Shown here: positions 1-11,339 of the stretch, piece by piece | Position numbering within the stretch: position 1 is the stretch's first letter | Layout of the letters: every line of letters starts with the position of its first letter | Source of the DNA: Azolla caroliniana | Taxonomy: Eukaryota > Plantae > Polypodiophyta | DNA length: 64,000 nt | Direction of reading: 5' to 3' | Assembly: GCA_043228905.1 (NCBI GenBank) | Contig: JBHGNT010000009.1 | Span: forward strand, 19,034,001 to 19,098,000 | Notes under the pieces: generated by a model | What the model was told of the DNA's origin: nothing | Database searches by the model: none | The model's input: only the letters and a program-made list of their open reading frames with translations | Made by a program: the position numbers and the translations under genes

Positions 1-1300
1 CTCGTGATCGACGACCGGCAGCAGGGAACAGGTGCATGTGGTGCAACGAGGTCGGCCACATTCGGAAGGACTGCGGCGATTTCGCAGAGGCGTTGAGGAA
101 CCGGGTGGTGTACCTATGGGAAGGCCGGGTGCACGCCGGCGATACCAGAAGGGCCCTAAACCGGAACGACGGGCGAGGAGGTATGAAGAGACTGATGGAA
201 GAGGCAGCGGCCCGACACGTGGAGGCCATACACTACTCGGCGTCGGCCGGTATTCGGGTCGGGGGCAGCGAGGCCCGAAAGGAGAGCAAAGACGGATTCT
301 GGTCGGCAATGCTGGAAGGCCTCGCTGGCGCACGGCTGAGGAAAGATGAAGCGGACCGCGCTGAGAGACGGGTCCGGGAAATAACCGGGTGGAGCGACCC
401 AGTCGAGGAGAAGACGGGCTTCGTAGAAGCCGCCTGCCGGAACTACGAGGCTCTGGTAGAAGACAAACAAGTGGGGAAAACCGGAGCGGCCAGGCCCTCA
501 CAATGATACGAGACCCGATTCGGGCAACGACGGAATGAAGCCGGTGGGTCCAGCGCGCAAGATAACCTCAGGAAGGGCGGATACCGACTGGGGACGAAAA
601 TAGAAAGGACCACGGACCTACGAAAGGTCCTAGAAGAATGGATCCTCGACAGCAAAGTGGAGCTGTCATTACGGGAGGTGCTAGGGATCGCTAATAAGCA
701 GTTCCACGACTCCATTGTGGACTTGGTGAAGCGGAAGAGGCTGTCGACGGAGACGGAACCGGAAAGACCGGTGGAGGTGCGGACGACGCACATCGACGAC
801 TTGGCGCTGGAAGATGAGTGGGCGGAGAGCCACTATTCGAGGCCACACTGGGCCTGAGCGACCACGGAGACCCCGGTAAAGATCGGAGGTGTTCAGGAAC
901 CGGTGGTGGCACTGGTGGACCACGGTTCGGAAATAAACCTGATGTCCATGGACTTCTATAAGAAGGGTGGCCGATCAACACCAAGCACGGGTGGAAGATA
1001 CGGGCGGCGTCGCGCACCACCGAGGAACTGCACGGGGCCTGCCCGAACGTGCGAGTCAAGATCGGTGACGTCAAGATTGACCAGCACTTCTTTGTACAGG
1101 AGACGTCCTCGCACCCGGTCATATTAGGGGAACCATACATCACGGCGGTGTGGATGGAGACCAAGGTGCTAGACAACGGTTCGGCCTACGCGAGGGTCAA
1201 AAGCCAGGACGGGCGCCATTCGGTCCAATTTCTGACGGTGCAACCGAACCACGAGCGAAACCGCGAATCCCTCGGTGGCGAGAACCGGGAGGATTTTTAG
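1..1300 (+). pseudogene. gag-protease ORF of element A (premature stops and a frameshift)
   Basis: ORFs 36-506, 657-857, 903-1127 and 1049-1300 join into Gag-PR; stops at 504-506 and 855-857 are CGA>TGA type. Confidence 0.85.
1291..1300 (+). promoter_or_regulatory. Putative -1 ribosomal frameshift site G_GAT_TTT_TAG at end of gag-PR
   Basis: Heptamer GGATTTT immediately before the gag-PR stop; -1 frame stays open (FLERVAKAWGRD); identical 10-mer in element B at 8010-8019. Confidence 0.7.
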
Positions 1301-3090
1301 AGAGGGTTGCCAAGGCGTGGGGCCGAGACAGTCCAGACACTCGGGAAAGACCCCACAGCTGTACGATAGAGTCGAAACCGAAGAAACCCTGTACAATAAG
1401 TAAAAAATTTTGCTTCTCCAACAACGGAGGGTGTATGATAGTCGGCATCGTTGGCCGAGAAAGGTCAAGGGCGGAGGAGCGACTTCGAGCGTGCGGAGTT
1501 CTCGGCCCGGACGAGGAAATCAGCGGAGCCGTGGAGGCGGTCTCCTTCGACGACACCTTGGGGATGCTGAGGAAGGTAGCCGGAGAAGACCTTAACGAAG
1601 ACCGGACGATACCGGTATGTTCCGAAGAGATGTACGAAGTCATCGCGAACTTCAGCCAGGGGCTTGGGTCGGATCGGGCGGCGTACGTGACGACCGATGG
1701 GGCGAGCACTCCGGCACTCAACGGCTTCGACGAGAGCAAGTACGACGGCGAGTGGCTACAGATCGGTGGGTTTTTGAGGACAATGACGCCGGATGCGTCA
1801 TGGACGAGGGACGAGGCCAACCGGATCCGGAAGAAAGCATACCGATTCTTTCTCCGAGACGGATACTTATGGAAGCACCCAAAGAAGAGGAACGGCGTCC
1901 CGCTCCGGGTGGTGGCGATGAGGGAAGAACAGGAGGAGCTGCTGACGGCCTACCACGACAGCCCTTGGACTGGACACCGTGGAACGTGGGCCACATTCGA
2001 GAAGATAAAGGGGAAGTACTGGTGACCGGGACTGTACCGGGACGTGCATCGGTTCGTAACAACTTGTGAGAGCTGTCAGATGCACTCCATAGTCCGCAAT
2101 CGGGACGAGCTTCACCCTACGTACCCTCCGACCATCCACTTCAAATGGATGGTAGATCTGGTGACGATGCCGATGGGAGTAGGACAGATGCGGTATCTGG
2201 TCCTGGCTCGGGAAGATCTGACGAACCAGGTGGAAGGCCGAGCCCTTCAGAACAAAACGACCGCGGCCGTATGTCGGTTCCTGATCGAGGATGTGATATG
2301 CCGGTACGGGTGCGTCGGGAAGATCGTGGCTGATCGCGGGGAGTTGGACGCCGAAGAGGCCGAGGAGCTGTTCGACCGGCTAGGAGTCAAGCTCTCGCTT
2401 ACCACTGCGTACAATCCGGAGGCGAATGGGAAGGTGGAGCGCGGACACAGACCGATCGTCAAGGCGTTAGTTCGGGCATGCGGAGGTCAAGTCGGGAACT
2501 GGCCGCGGCTGTTGCCTTACGCGTTGTGGGCGGACCGAACTACGCACAGTTCGGTAACCGGATTCATGCCGGCAGAGCTCATGTTTGGGCAGAAGCCGAT
2601 CATGCCGATGGAACGTACGATCTCCTCATGGGCAACCGTGGATTGGAAAGACGAGATGAGCCGGGAGGAACTGTTGGCGGCGCACATACGACAGCTCGAG
2701 CGAAGACCGGAGGACGTGGAGCAGGCTGCGGGAAAGCTTCGGGTGGCAAGGACGAGGAACAAAGCCCGGTTCGACCGAACGCACCGGCTCCGACCGAAGA
2801 AGATCGAGGAAGGCGACTGGGTGCTAGTCTATGACAACAGCCTCGACAACCAGCACCGAGCGACACGAAAGTTAGCAAGAAGGTGGTTCGGGCCTTACGT
2901 GGTACAAAGCGCCAACGACAACGGGACGTACCATCTAGCGGAACTCGATGGCACGAGAATGGCGATACCGGTAGCTGGGAAACAGATCAAAGCGTTCAAG
3001 AAGCGTCACGACGATGAGCCGGATCCGGTTAACCTGGACCGCGACGACGAACGATCCGGAACCGAGGAAGAACCGACGGGCGGGGAATGA
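1298..3090 (+). pseudogene. pol remnant of element A: linker fused to integrase (no chromodomain)
   Basis: YHDSPWTGH...CESCQ zinc finger, WMVDLV / IVADRGE / NGKVER catalytic core, WFGPYVV; one TGA at 2023-2025. Confidence 0.9.
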
Positions 3091-3150
3091 AGGCTGGACC
3101 GGTTTTCTCCGTCCCAACTCAATTTGGCGCATGCCGGTGGATGCGCGGTT

Positions 3151-3163
3151 AGGTGGGGGCGGA
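3151..3163 (+). promoter_or_regulatory. Polypurine tract of element A
   Basis: AGGTGGGGGCGGA directly before the TG of the LTR. Confidence 0.75.
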
Positions 3164-3808
3164 TGTCGTGAAGAAAACCGTCCACAAGCGGAATCGGTGC
3201 ACCGGAGCGTAGGAACCGGCTCTTCATGCACGTACGTCTTATGTTGTACATAAGAGAGAATTAGGTACATAGAAGATCCTAGGTAGGTAGATTCGGTAGG
3301 TAGGAAGTTAATGGGAAACGGCTCCTTTCTTGCCTATAAAAGGAGGGAGACGGGGAAGAGGAAGGGGATCGCGGTTAGAGAGGACGAAGTGCTGTCGGGT
3401 TGTCGACCGAAGGCTTCTCTCTCTTCCATACTCCGAAAATTCTTCCTGTGCAGGTTTTCGGGAGGCTCGCGCTGCTCTGAGGAATGCCCGAGTGCTTCCG
3501 GTAGCACCTCCAACCTACTCCTTTCTTTCTGAGCGTTTACGAACAGGCATTGGCATCTGTTCGCCGGCCTGTTCGGTTGTAACCGACTTCGTGCTTCTTG
3601 TTGTTTGTCCTTGTTAATATATATATACATACATTCGTGTCTCTCTGCGTCGGTGTCCCACTCACGTCTTTGTGTCGAAGGGCCGTGTCCCTGTGAATCT
3701 ATGGCCACACGTAGTGGGTCCCTTCCGTTCTCCTTTGTCTCTTGCTCTTCGGTACAAGACCCCCGAGGCCCCGCCTCATTCCACGCATCCGCGAGGAATA
3801 CCTCGACA
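3164..3808 (+). repeat. 3' LTR of element A
   Basis: TGTCG...CGACA inverted termini, TATAAA at 3335-3340, U5 end resembles the U5 end of element B LTR. Confidence 0.85.
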
Positions 3809-3964
3809 ACGTCCTTTCCGTTGAATTGCCCGATCCGTTGCACGAGCCGCTCTACTGTCGCCGCTATCTCCGACATTGCACGTTGTTCCTGAATCATCCG
3901 CTTGAACATCATCATCATCATGTTGTTAGCCTCCAGTTGATTTTCCATCTCCTTGCCACCCGTG

Positions 3965-3982
3965 TTCACGTCAGGTTCACCA
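3965..3982 (-). promoter_or_regulatory. Primer binding site (tRNA-Trp) of element C
   Basis: TGGTGAACCTGACGTGAA, one mismatch to the complement of the plant cytosolic tRNA-Trp 3' end (...TTCACGTCGGGTTCACCA, from memory). Confidence 0.8.
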
Positions 3983-4470
3983 CTTGTGTCATGCGTTACG
4001 GCTCCGGATCGTTGCGTGAGTCGGGTGGGAACCGTTGGGGTTTTGGACTAGGAGGAAAGAAAATTCTAAGGAAATTAAGAATATGAAATATATTGTAAGA
4101 AAGAAAGATATGAAAAACTCGTGAATTCCACGAGTATAGTGTATTAGTGAGTACTCAAATTAAGAGAGAAAAATAGTTAGCAAACTCGTGGATCCCACGA
4201 TTATATTATATTAATCAAGCCTTGTAAAATAATCAACAACCTCTATACATCTTTCTCTCTTCCTTATATAGTGTTGGAAGAGTCTAAGTTTATCACATGC
4301 AAGTATCATGCTTTTCCTATCTTTAGTTTTCATGCACATTGCATGTGCATGATTAGCTTTCTATCTCATCTTTTCTTTTTACTCGAGTGTCTATGGATGA
4401 ATAACTTTTTGTACCATGCATGTCTAGAAATTTTACATGGGATAAAGTTTAGTATAACTTTAAAATTCAC

Positions 4471-4542
4471 AATACGCTAGTATAATGATAAGGCTTAACA
4501 TTATTAACATGGAGGTGAAAGGTTCGATTCTTGCCCTATGCA
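4471..4542 (+). ncRNA. tRNA-like Pol III cassette, antisense in LTR C
   Basis: A-box-like TAGTATAATGA (4478) and B-box GGTTCGATTCT (4521) with canonical tRNA spacing; anticodon stem does not pair. Confidence 0.6.
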
Positions 4543-4599
4543 TGTAATATATAATTTTATACTTTCTTCTATTTACAAATATGTCTCTTCATCTGGTGA

Positions 4600-4830
4600 G
4601 AGACTCTCACCGGCCTTCTTCATCCGGCTCTTGCCGGTTCTGCTTCATCTGGTTCTCGCCGGTTTTCTTTATCCGGTTCTTACCGGATCCTTCTTATCGG
4701 TCCTCTTCGTCCATTTCTCACCGACTCTCACCGGCCTTCTTCATCTGGCTCTTGCCGGTCTCCTTATGGGTTTCGGTCCTCACCGGTTCTTCCTTCCGGT
4801 TCTCACTGGGTACTCCATATCCTATCCGGA
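4600..4830. repeat. Degenerate CCGG-rich tandem array in U3 of LTR C
   Basis: Repeated TCACCGGCCTTCTTCATCCGGCTCTTGCCGG-like units; absent from the related solo LTR. Confidence 0.7.
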
Positions 4831-4879
4831 GAAACCAAAAATGTAATTTTCCACGGAGTGTGCGAATTACACTACGACA

Positions 4880-7800
4880 CCGTCGCGGCCCATAGCTTTT
4901 CCGCGGCTCGTTCCACATCCTCCGGTCTTCGCTCGAGCTATCGGATCCACACCGCCAACAGCTCCTCCCAGCTCAGCTTGTCTCTCCAGTCCACTATGGC
5001 CCATGAGGAGATCGTTCGCTCTATTCGCATGATCGGCTTCTGCCCGTACATTAGCTCCGCCGGCATGAACCTGGTTACCGAACTGTGCGTAGTTCGGTCA
5101 GCCCACAACGCATAGGGTAAGAGGCGTGGCCAGTTTCCGACTTGGCCTCCACATGCCCGCACTAATGCTTTGACGATCGGCTTGTGTCTGCATTCCACCT
5201 TCCCGTTCGCCTCCGGATTGTACGCCGTGGTGAGCGAGAGTTTAACCCCTAGCCGGTCAAACAGCTCTTCGGCCTCTTGTGCGTTCAGTTCTCCGCGGTC
5301 GGCTACGATCTTTCCTACGCACCCATACCGGCATACCACTTCTTCGATTAGAAATCGGCATACGACCATGGTCGTTTTGTTTGGCAACGCTCGGCCTTCC
5401 ACCTGGTTCGGCAGGTCATCTCGAGCTAGCACCAGATATCGCATCTGCCCTACCCCCATCGGCATCATCACCAGGTCCACCATCCACTTGAAGTGGACGG
5501 TTGGAGGGTAGGTCAGGTGGAGTTCGTCCCGATGTTAGTCTATGGAGTGCATCTGACAGCTTTTGCAAGACATCACGAACCGATGCACGTCCCGGTATTG
5601 TCCCGGCCACCAATACTTCCCCTTCAGTTTCTCGAATGTGGCCCACGTCCCGCGGTGTCCGGCCCAGGGACTCTCGTGGTACGCCATCAACAGTTCCACT
5701 TGTTCCCCTTTCTTCACCACAACCCGGAGTGGAATGTCGTTTCTCTTCTTCAGGTGCTTCCATATGCACCCATCCCGTAGGAAGAATCGGTACGCTTTCT
5801 TCGGAATCCGGTTGGTCTCTTCCTTCGTCCACGCCACATCCAGTGTCACTGTCTTCAGGAACCCGCCGATCTGGAGCCACTCCCCATCGTACTGGCTCTC
5901 GTCGAACTCATTAAGTGTTGGAGTGCTCCCCTTCCTTGTTGTTACGTAAGTCGTCTCGAAGAAGTCCACCCCGACTTCTTCGACCTCCGAAACCATGTCG
6001 TCCTCATCATCGAATCTCGCCCTCGAGAGCATGTCAGCCATGGCGTTGTGTTTTCCGGAAATGTGTCGTATTTCCGAATTCAGGGACTTGATGTACGCTA
6101 TCCACCTGAGCATTGCCAGGTCCGGTGTCACGCATCCGGAAACCATACCGAGAATCGGCAGGCAGCCCGTCTCAATTATCACCTCTGTCCCGATCAGATA
6201 GTCTTTGTCGGCCTTGACCGCCGAAACGATACCCAGAGTTTGTGTTTAACTTGGGCGTACCCTCGCTATCGTTCACTGAGGACTTTCGTGCCGAACCGGA
6301 TGGGGAACCTCGTGCCATTCTCATCCTCCTCGTTGATCACCCATCCGATTCCACTCGGACTTGTGTCTATGGTCACGTAAATCGGAATGTCTTTACTATA
6401 GACCGCTTTCCGAAGTGCCGGTACCGCAGCAAGTGCTTCCTTCATTTTCTAAACTGACTCCGTATGCTCCTCCGTGCACTCGAATTTACGCCCTTTCTGA
6501 AGTAGTCCATAGAGTGGCTCCGCGACGTGGGCGTAATGCGGGATCCAGATATGGTAGAATTTGCATGCTCCCAAGAGTCTCCGAACTTCCGTGACCGAAT
6601 TGCAGTCGCGCTTCATCGCAGAGATGGCCTCTACCTTGGCTAGCGACGGTTTCCAACCGAATGGTCCGCATAGGTGTCCGATGACCATGATCTCTGATTT
6701 CCCGAAGGCCGATTTTTCCCCGGAGAAGGTGAGCCTCGCGCCCTGTAGTCTTTGTAGCACCTTCTCGTAGTCATTAACGTGGTCCGCCACGAATTTCCGG
6801 CATCCGTCCGGTCCGATTGTCTCGTGCTTATCCTCCATCGGGCATCCTTTGATCGGGATGTCGTCTAAGAATGGCATGGTGATGTCCGGTATAAAATCCC
6901 TTAGCACTTTGTTCATTGCGTTCACCATGTGGGCTACCGAGTTCGTCCCTCCTTGCGGAAGGGTACACATCCATACTAGGCCGAGAGGAATCTGCATCGT
7001 CGTAATGTCCTTGCTCTCCACGGCTAGCTGGAACTGATCGTATCCTAAGTACAAATCACTGACCGAGTAAATTGACCTTCCAGCGAAGGCCTCCACGAAA
7101 TCGTCTATGGTCGGTCTGATTCCTGCATTCCGAATGGTCACCTTGTGGACTGGTTGCAGGTCCTGAATGAAGCGTAGCGTGCCGTAAAACACCGATTAGA
7201 ATACGGGTCACTTGAAGGTTCGAGGATGCCCATATCCACCTTCTGTTTCTACAGCTCCATCAGTTTCAGGATGTGAGCTATGTGTACTGGAATCGGTTTG
7301 AGATTCCACGGTACGTGCGATACCGTGAAGATCACCATCGGTTCCACAATCGTCGGGTCTACGCACCCGATCTCCTCCAATGAAAATGCGAAGGCCATTC
7401 CGTGCCTCCCGAGCATTCTCCGAAACCCGTCCTCCTTCGCAAGTAGGAGAAAGCCACCCCCACTGACCTTGAGCTCTCGTAGCGTTATGTCGGTGAACCG
7501 GTGTCCTATGCCAGCCGGATCTCGTAAACTTGGGTCTGACGCGACCCCCTTCATCCGTAACTCGTTGCCCTCTAGCAAGGGTGCCGCAACTGGCCTCACC
7601 TTCCGGTCCACAACCTTGTACTTCGTGTCCACTTGGGCCGTCCGATCCAACTCGAGTCCTCTACCGAAGTCGGCGATGACTTCTTACATCCTTTCTGAAC
7701 ATACCGGAATCATCTGGTCTTCACTAAGGCCCTCTCCGAACACCTCCTGTAGCTTCCCCAACGTGTCGTCGAAGGAGACCGCCTCCACGGTTCCGTTGAT

Positions 7801-8012
7801 TTCCTCTCAGGGGCCGAGGACTCCGCATGCCCTGAGTCCCTTTTCTGCCCGCTTCTTCTCCCAGCCAACAATGCCGGTTATTATACAACCTCCGCTATCG
7901 AAGAACTAAAACTTCTTACATATGCTACAAGTTTTCTTCCCTACTGTACATCCGTGGGGTTTTCTCGGGGTGTCCGAACTATCGCGACCCCACGCCTTGA
8001 TAACCCTCTCTA
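4880..8012 (-). pseudogene. pol (RT-RNaseH-IN) of element B
   Basis: ORFs 7249-7650, 6449-7192, 5535-6182, 4938-5483. Confidence 0.9.
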
Positions 8013-10146
8013 AAAATCCCCTCGGCTTTCGCCGCCGAGGGTCTCTTAGTTCCGTTCATGGTTCGGTCGTACCGTCAGAAACTGGATGGAGTGACACTCG
8101 TCCTAGCTCTTGAGTCGCGTGTACGCCGAACCATTGTCCAGCACCTTCGTCTCCATTCCTGCCGCAGTGATGTACGATTCCCCGAGTATCACTGATGCGA
8201 GGATGTCTCCTGCACAAAGAAGTGTTGATCGATCTCGACAACACCGATTTTCACTCGTACATTCGGGCAGGCTCCGTGTAGCTCCTCCGTGGCACGCATC
8301 ACCGCTCGTATTTTCCACCCGTGCTTGGTGTTAATCGGCCACATGCCCTTTTAGTAAAAGTCCATCGACATCAGGTTGATTTCCGAATTGTGGTCTACCA
8401 ACGCCACCACCGGCTCCTTGACATCTCCGATCTTAACGGGGGTCTCCATAGTGGCTCTGGCCCAATGTAGCCTCGAATAGTGGCTTTCCGCCAACTCGTC
8501 TTCCAGGGCCATGTCTTCTAGGTGCGTCATTCACACCTCCACCAGCCTCTCCGGCTCCGGCTCCATCGAAAGCCTTTTTCGCTTCACCAAGTCTACGATG
8601 GAATCGTGGAACTCCTTCTTGGCGATCCCTAACACTTCCTTGAGTGACAACTCCACTTTGCTATCGAGGATCTGTTCCTCTAGGACCTTTCGTAGGTCCG
8701 TGGTCCTTTCGATTTCCGTGCTCAACCGGTAACCGGCCCTCTTGGCTTTATCCAGTGCGCCAGGTGCACCAGCGTCATTCTACCTCAGCTCGGACCGGGT
8801 CTCATAGCGTTGTGAGGGTCCAGCCCCTCTGGATTTTCCCGCACGTTTCTCTTCCATCAGAACCTCGTAGTTCTGGCACGCGGCTTCTACGAAGCCCGTC
8901 TTTCCTTCGACCGGGTCACTCCACCCGCTTACCTCCCGAACCCATCTTTCCGCGCGGTCCACTTCCTCTTTCCTCAATCGTACACTAGCGAGGCCCTCTA
9001 GCATCAACGGCCAAAACCCATAGTCCTTAGTCTTCCGGAATTTGTCGTTCCCAACCCGGATTCCTGCCGACGCCGAGTAGTGGATAGTCTCCGCATGCCG
9101 GGCTGCCGCTTCATTCCCTCTCGTCCGACGTTCAGTTCCAGGGCCCACCTGGTTTTGCTAACGTGTACCCGCCCGTTCCATAGGTACACCACGTTAGACC
9201 TTATCGCTTCGGCGAAATCCCCGCAGTCCTTCCGGGCGTGGCCGACCGCGTCGCACCACAAGCACCGATGCCCGGCCGGAGGCCTTCGGTCGCGGGCTTG
9301 TTCGCTGTCGTCCTTCCGTGCATGCGCAATCTGGAGGTCCCTCACCATCTTAGTCAGCTCCTCAAGAGTTATACCTCCGGACGGGCCCTTGACGACTTCG
9401 GTCGAAGTCGAGCCAGTCTCAAGCCAATCTCGGGTCTCATCCCTTCACGTCGGTGGGGGTACCTCTAGCTTCCTTGCCGCAACAAAGCCTGCCCCCGTCG
9501 AGCCTTTACCGACCCATTCTCGTCGTTTGTCAAAACGGCCGCAGACTCTCTTCACCACGGCCCAGTTGGTCGTTAGCCCGTCGTCGGTCTCCAACAGGAG
9601 GCCCACTTGCTCCCGGTCCCTCACGTCCACTGATTTAATGAACAATAGGGCATGACTTGTGTCCAGTACGGTCTGGTCCAACACCGAAAGACGCGCGAAG
9701 CGTTCTTCAAACTCCCGAAGGGGCACCGACGCGTTTCTCCCCTTGTTAGGCGTCTCCACCCATTCCATGAAGTCTCGCTTCGATAGCCGAAGCGCGTCAT
9801 CAAGCCCGTATTTCTCAAGGAGACGACCTTCAAACTCTTCCCAGGTCCGACTCTCAACCCGTACCTCGAGCACCTCTGATTGGATGCTCGGCATTGCCAC
9901 CCGAGGGAATCCGGCCAGTCACCTGTCCTCCAGAATATCCCTCATCACCATTTCGGCTCGGTAGGCCTCCAAATAGTTTGTGGCGTCCTTTCCACTAAAC
10001 CGGCCTATCATGCTGACGATCGCTTCAATGGCTCTATCGAGGGTGCTTGTGCCTTCGCACGCACTCACTATCCGATCCACAACTGAAGCCATAGCTTCTG
10101 CAAGCTCCGATCCCCTCATCTTTCTATTCCTCTGCCGCCTTTTCAC
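8010..10146 (-). pseudogene. gag-protease of element B, ending at the GGATTTTTAG site
   Basis: ORFs 9919-10146, 9445-9900, 9004-9348, 8780-9148, 8531-8725, 8103-8318 colinear with element A. Confidence 0.85.
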
Positions 10147-10159
10147 GTCGGGTTCACCA
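10142..10159 (-). promoter_or_regulatory. Primer binding site (tRNA-Trp) of element B
   Basis: TGGTGAACCCGACGTGAA, 4 nt inside the LTR end; complement of the plant tRNA-Trp 3' end as recalled. Confidence 0.85.
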
Positions 10160-10163
10160 ATTA

Positions 10164-11205
10164 TGTCGCGTTCTTACGCACGTGCGTGTAGAAGAGGTGG
10201 GACGACGGGGGTCTCGGACAAGGGAGAAAAGGGATGCCAAGAAACTGACACCGGACACGACCCGGATGCAGCCGAACACAAGAGAGAGAGAGAGAGAGAA
10301 AGGAGAGGGAGAGCATGTGCGTGACACCGACTCTTATGCACAAGAAGCAAAGGGGTTGTGCTCTCGACACCACCGAATACACCAATATGCAAAATCAGAT
10401 ATGAGCATGTATATTACAAGAGAAAGAATACAACCCCGGCTTCGAGCCGAACCAAGGTAGGGTAGGTTACAACAGCAGTCTGCTGCCAAGCCGCCGTTCG
10501 GGGAGCTCTCGGGCTCGTCGCGCAGAACGGGTTCTTGCACAGGAGACCGAGCAGAAGAAAACCCTGAAGAGACATGAACTCTCAACCCTCACGACGATGA
10601 AGAAGAAGAGGAAGAAGAGAAAAAGAAGAAGAAACTACGAAGATAGAACCGTGTAACCCTAATCTAACGGTATAGCCTCTAACACAAAATGGGCCACCCC
10701 TTCACAAAGGGTGCTCCCTTCCTTTTATAGAAGAAGGAAAGGGATGTAACAATGTGGGATAAATCCCTTATTACATGGGATCCTCTGTCCCGAATTAACT
10801 ATTGTCCGACCCATAACGGCGCCCCTATCCTTTACACAATTTGTACAAGGGTGAGTGCACATGCTCCACCCCACCCATTCTTCCGATATTCCCAGGTTTC
10901 TTACTATGGCCCGGAATCTTCACGACAATGGTTTTGTGCACATGGTTTTCTATGGTTGTTTCGTCTATAATACGTATATGATTTAAGGAAATACATAAAT
11001 CTATACTATATGATAGTTGTCCGAGTGGTAAGGCAAACATCTTGTATCTGAGAGGTGCAAGATTCAAACCTTGCTTGCACCCCTTTGTATGAACTCAAGT
11101 GCCACTAGGCCTTAGGCTTATTTGCTAAGTGTATGTGCAATGTTGCACATCCTTGGTTTATTCGTCTCACTCAGTTTCACACCGTAGCCGAAAATTGTCA
11201 CAACA
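10164..11205 (-). repeat. 5' LTR of element B
   Basis: TGTTG...CGACA on minus, TATAAAA near 10723-10729, abrupt switch to copia RT at 11206. Confidence 0.8.
11010..11080 (+). ncRNA. tRNA-like Pol III cassette, antisense in LTR B
   Basis: TTGTCCGAGTGGTAAGG (A box/D arm) ... AGGTGCAAGATTCAAACCTTGC (T arm/B box), canonical spacing. Confidence 0.55.
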
Positions 11206-11339
11206 CCGCTATGCCCAATACTGTCCGGATGTATGTCATCTTTACTACTAGGGCAAAGATCTCATCGAAGTCCACTCCTTTCTTCAGCTGGAAACCCTTC
11301 ACCACGATTCGGGCCTTATACCTTGGTGGATTTCCGGCG

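Larger units (their letters stand above)
1..3808 (+). mobile_element. Ty3/gypsy LTR retrotransposon A (non-chromovirus, Ylt1/Phygy/Selgy-like); 5' part outside window; RT-RNaseH deleted
   Basis: Gag zinc knuckle (CxWCNEVGHIRKDC), protease VALVDHGSEINLM, integrase HHCC+DDE+GPY, PPT and 3' LTR TGTCG...CGACA; colinear with element B. Confidence 0.92.
3809..4879 (-). mobile_element. Gypsy element C (same lineage): 5' LTR, PBS and gag N-terminus, interrupted by element A
   Basis: Gag start MENQLEA...RIGQFNGKDV resembles element B (MIGRFSGKDA); PBS 3965-3982; LTR 3987-4879. Confidence 0.85.
3987..4879 (-). repeat. 5' LTR of element C
   Basis: Termini TGTCG...TGACA on minus; both ends align with the solo LTR at 62466-63193. 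Confidence 0.85.
4880..11205 (-). mobile_element. Gypsy element B (same lineage): 5' LTR, PBS, gag-PR, RT, RNaseH, integrase; interrupted in integrase by element C
   Basis: Gag knuckle CLWCDAVGHARKDC, RT SDLYLGYDQF / LPQGGTNS / MPFLDDIPIKG, RNaseH YVTIDTS, integrase DDE; several stops and frameshifts. Confidence 0.92.

Noticed and set aside
4471-4542. Functional tRNA genes at the tRNA-like cassettes
   Set aside because: Acceptor and anticodon stems do not pair, so they are reported only as tRNA-like promoter modules
1-10600. Many overlapping 60-200 aa ORFs in alternative frames
   Set aside because: Expected in GC-rich retrotransposon coding DNA; explained by the gag/pol frames
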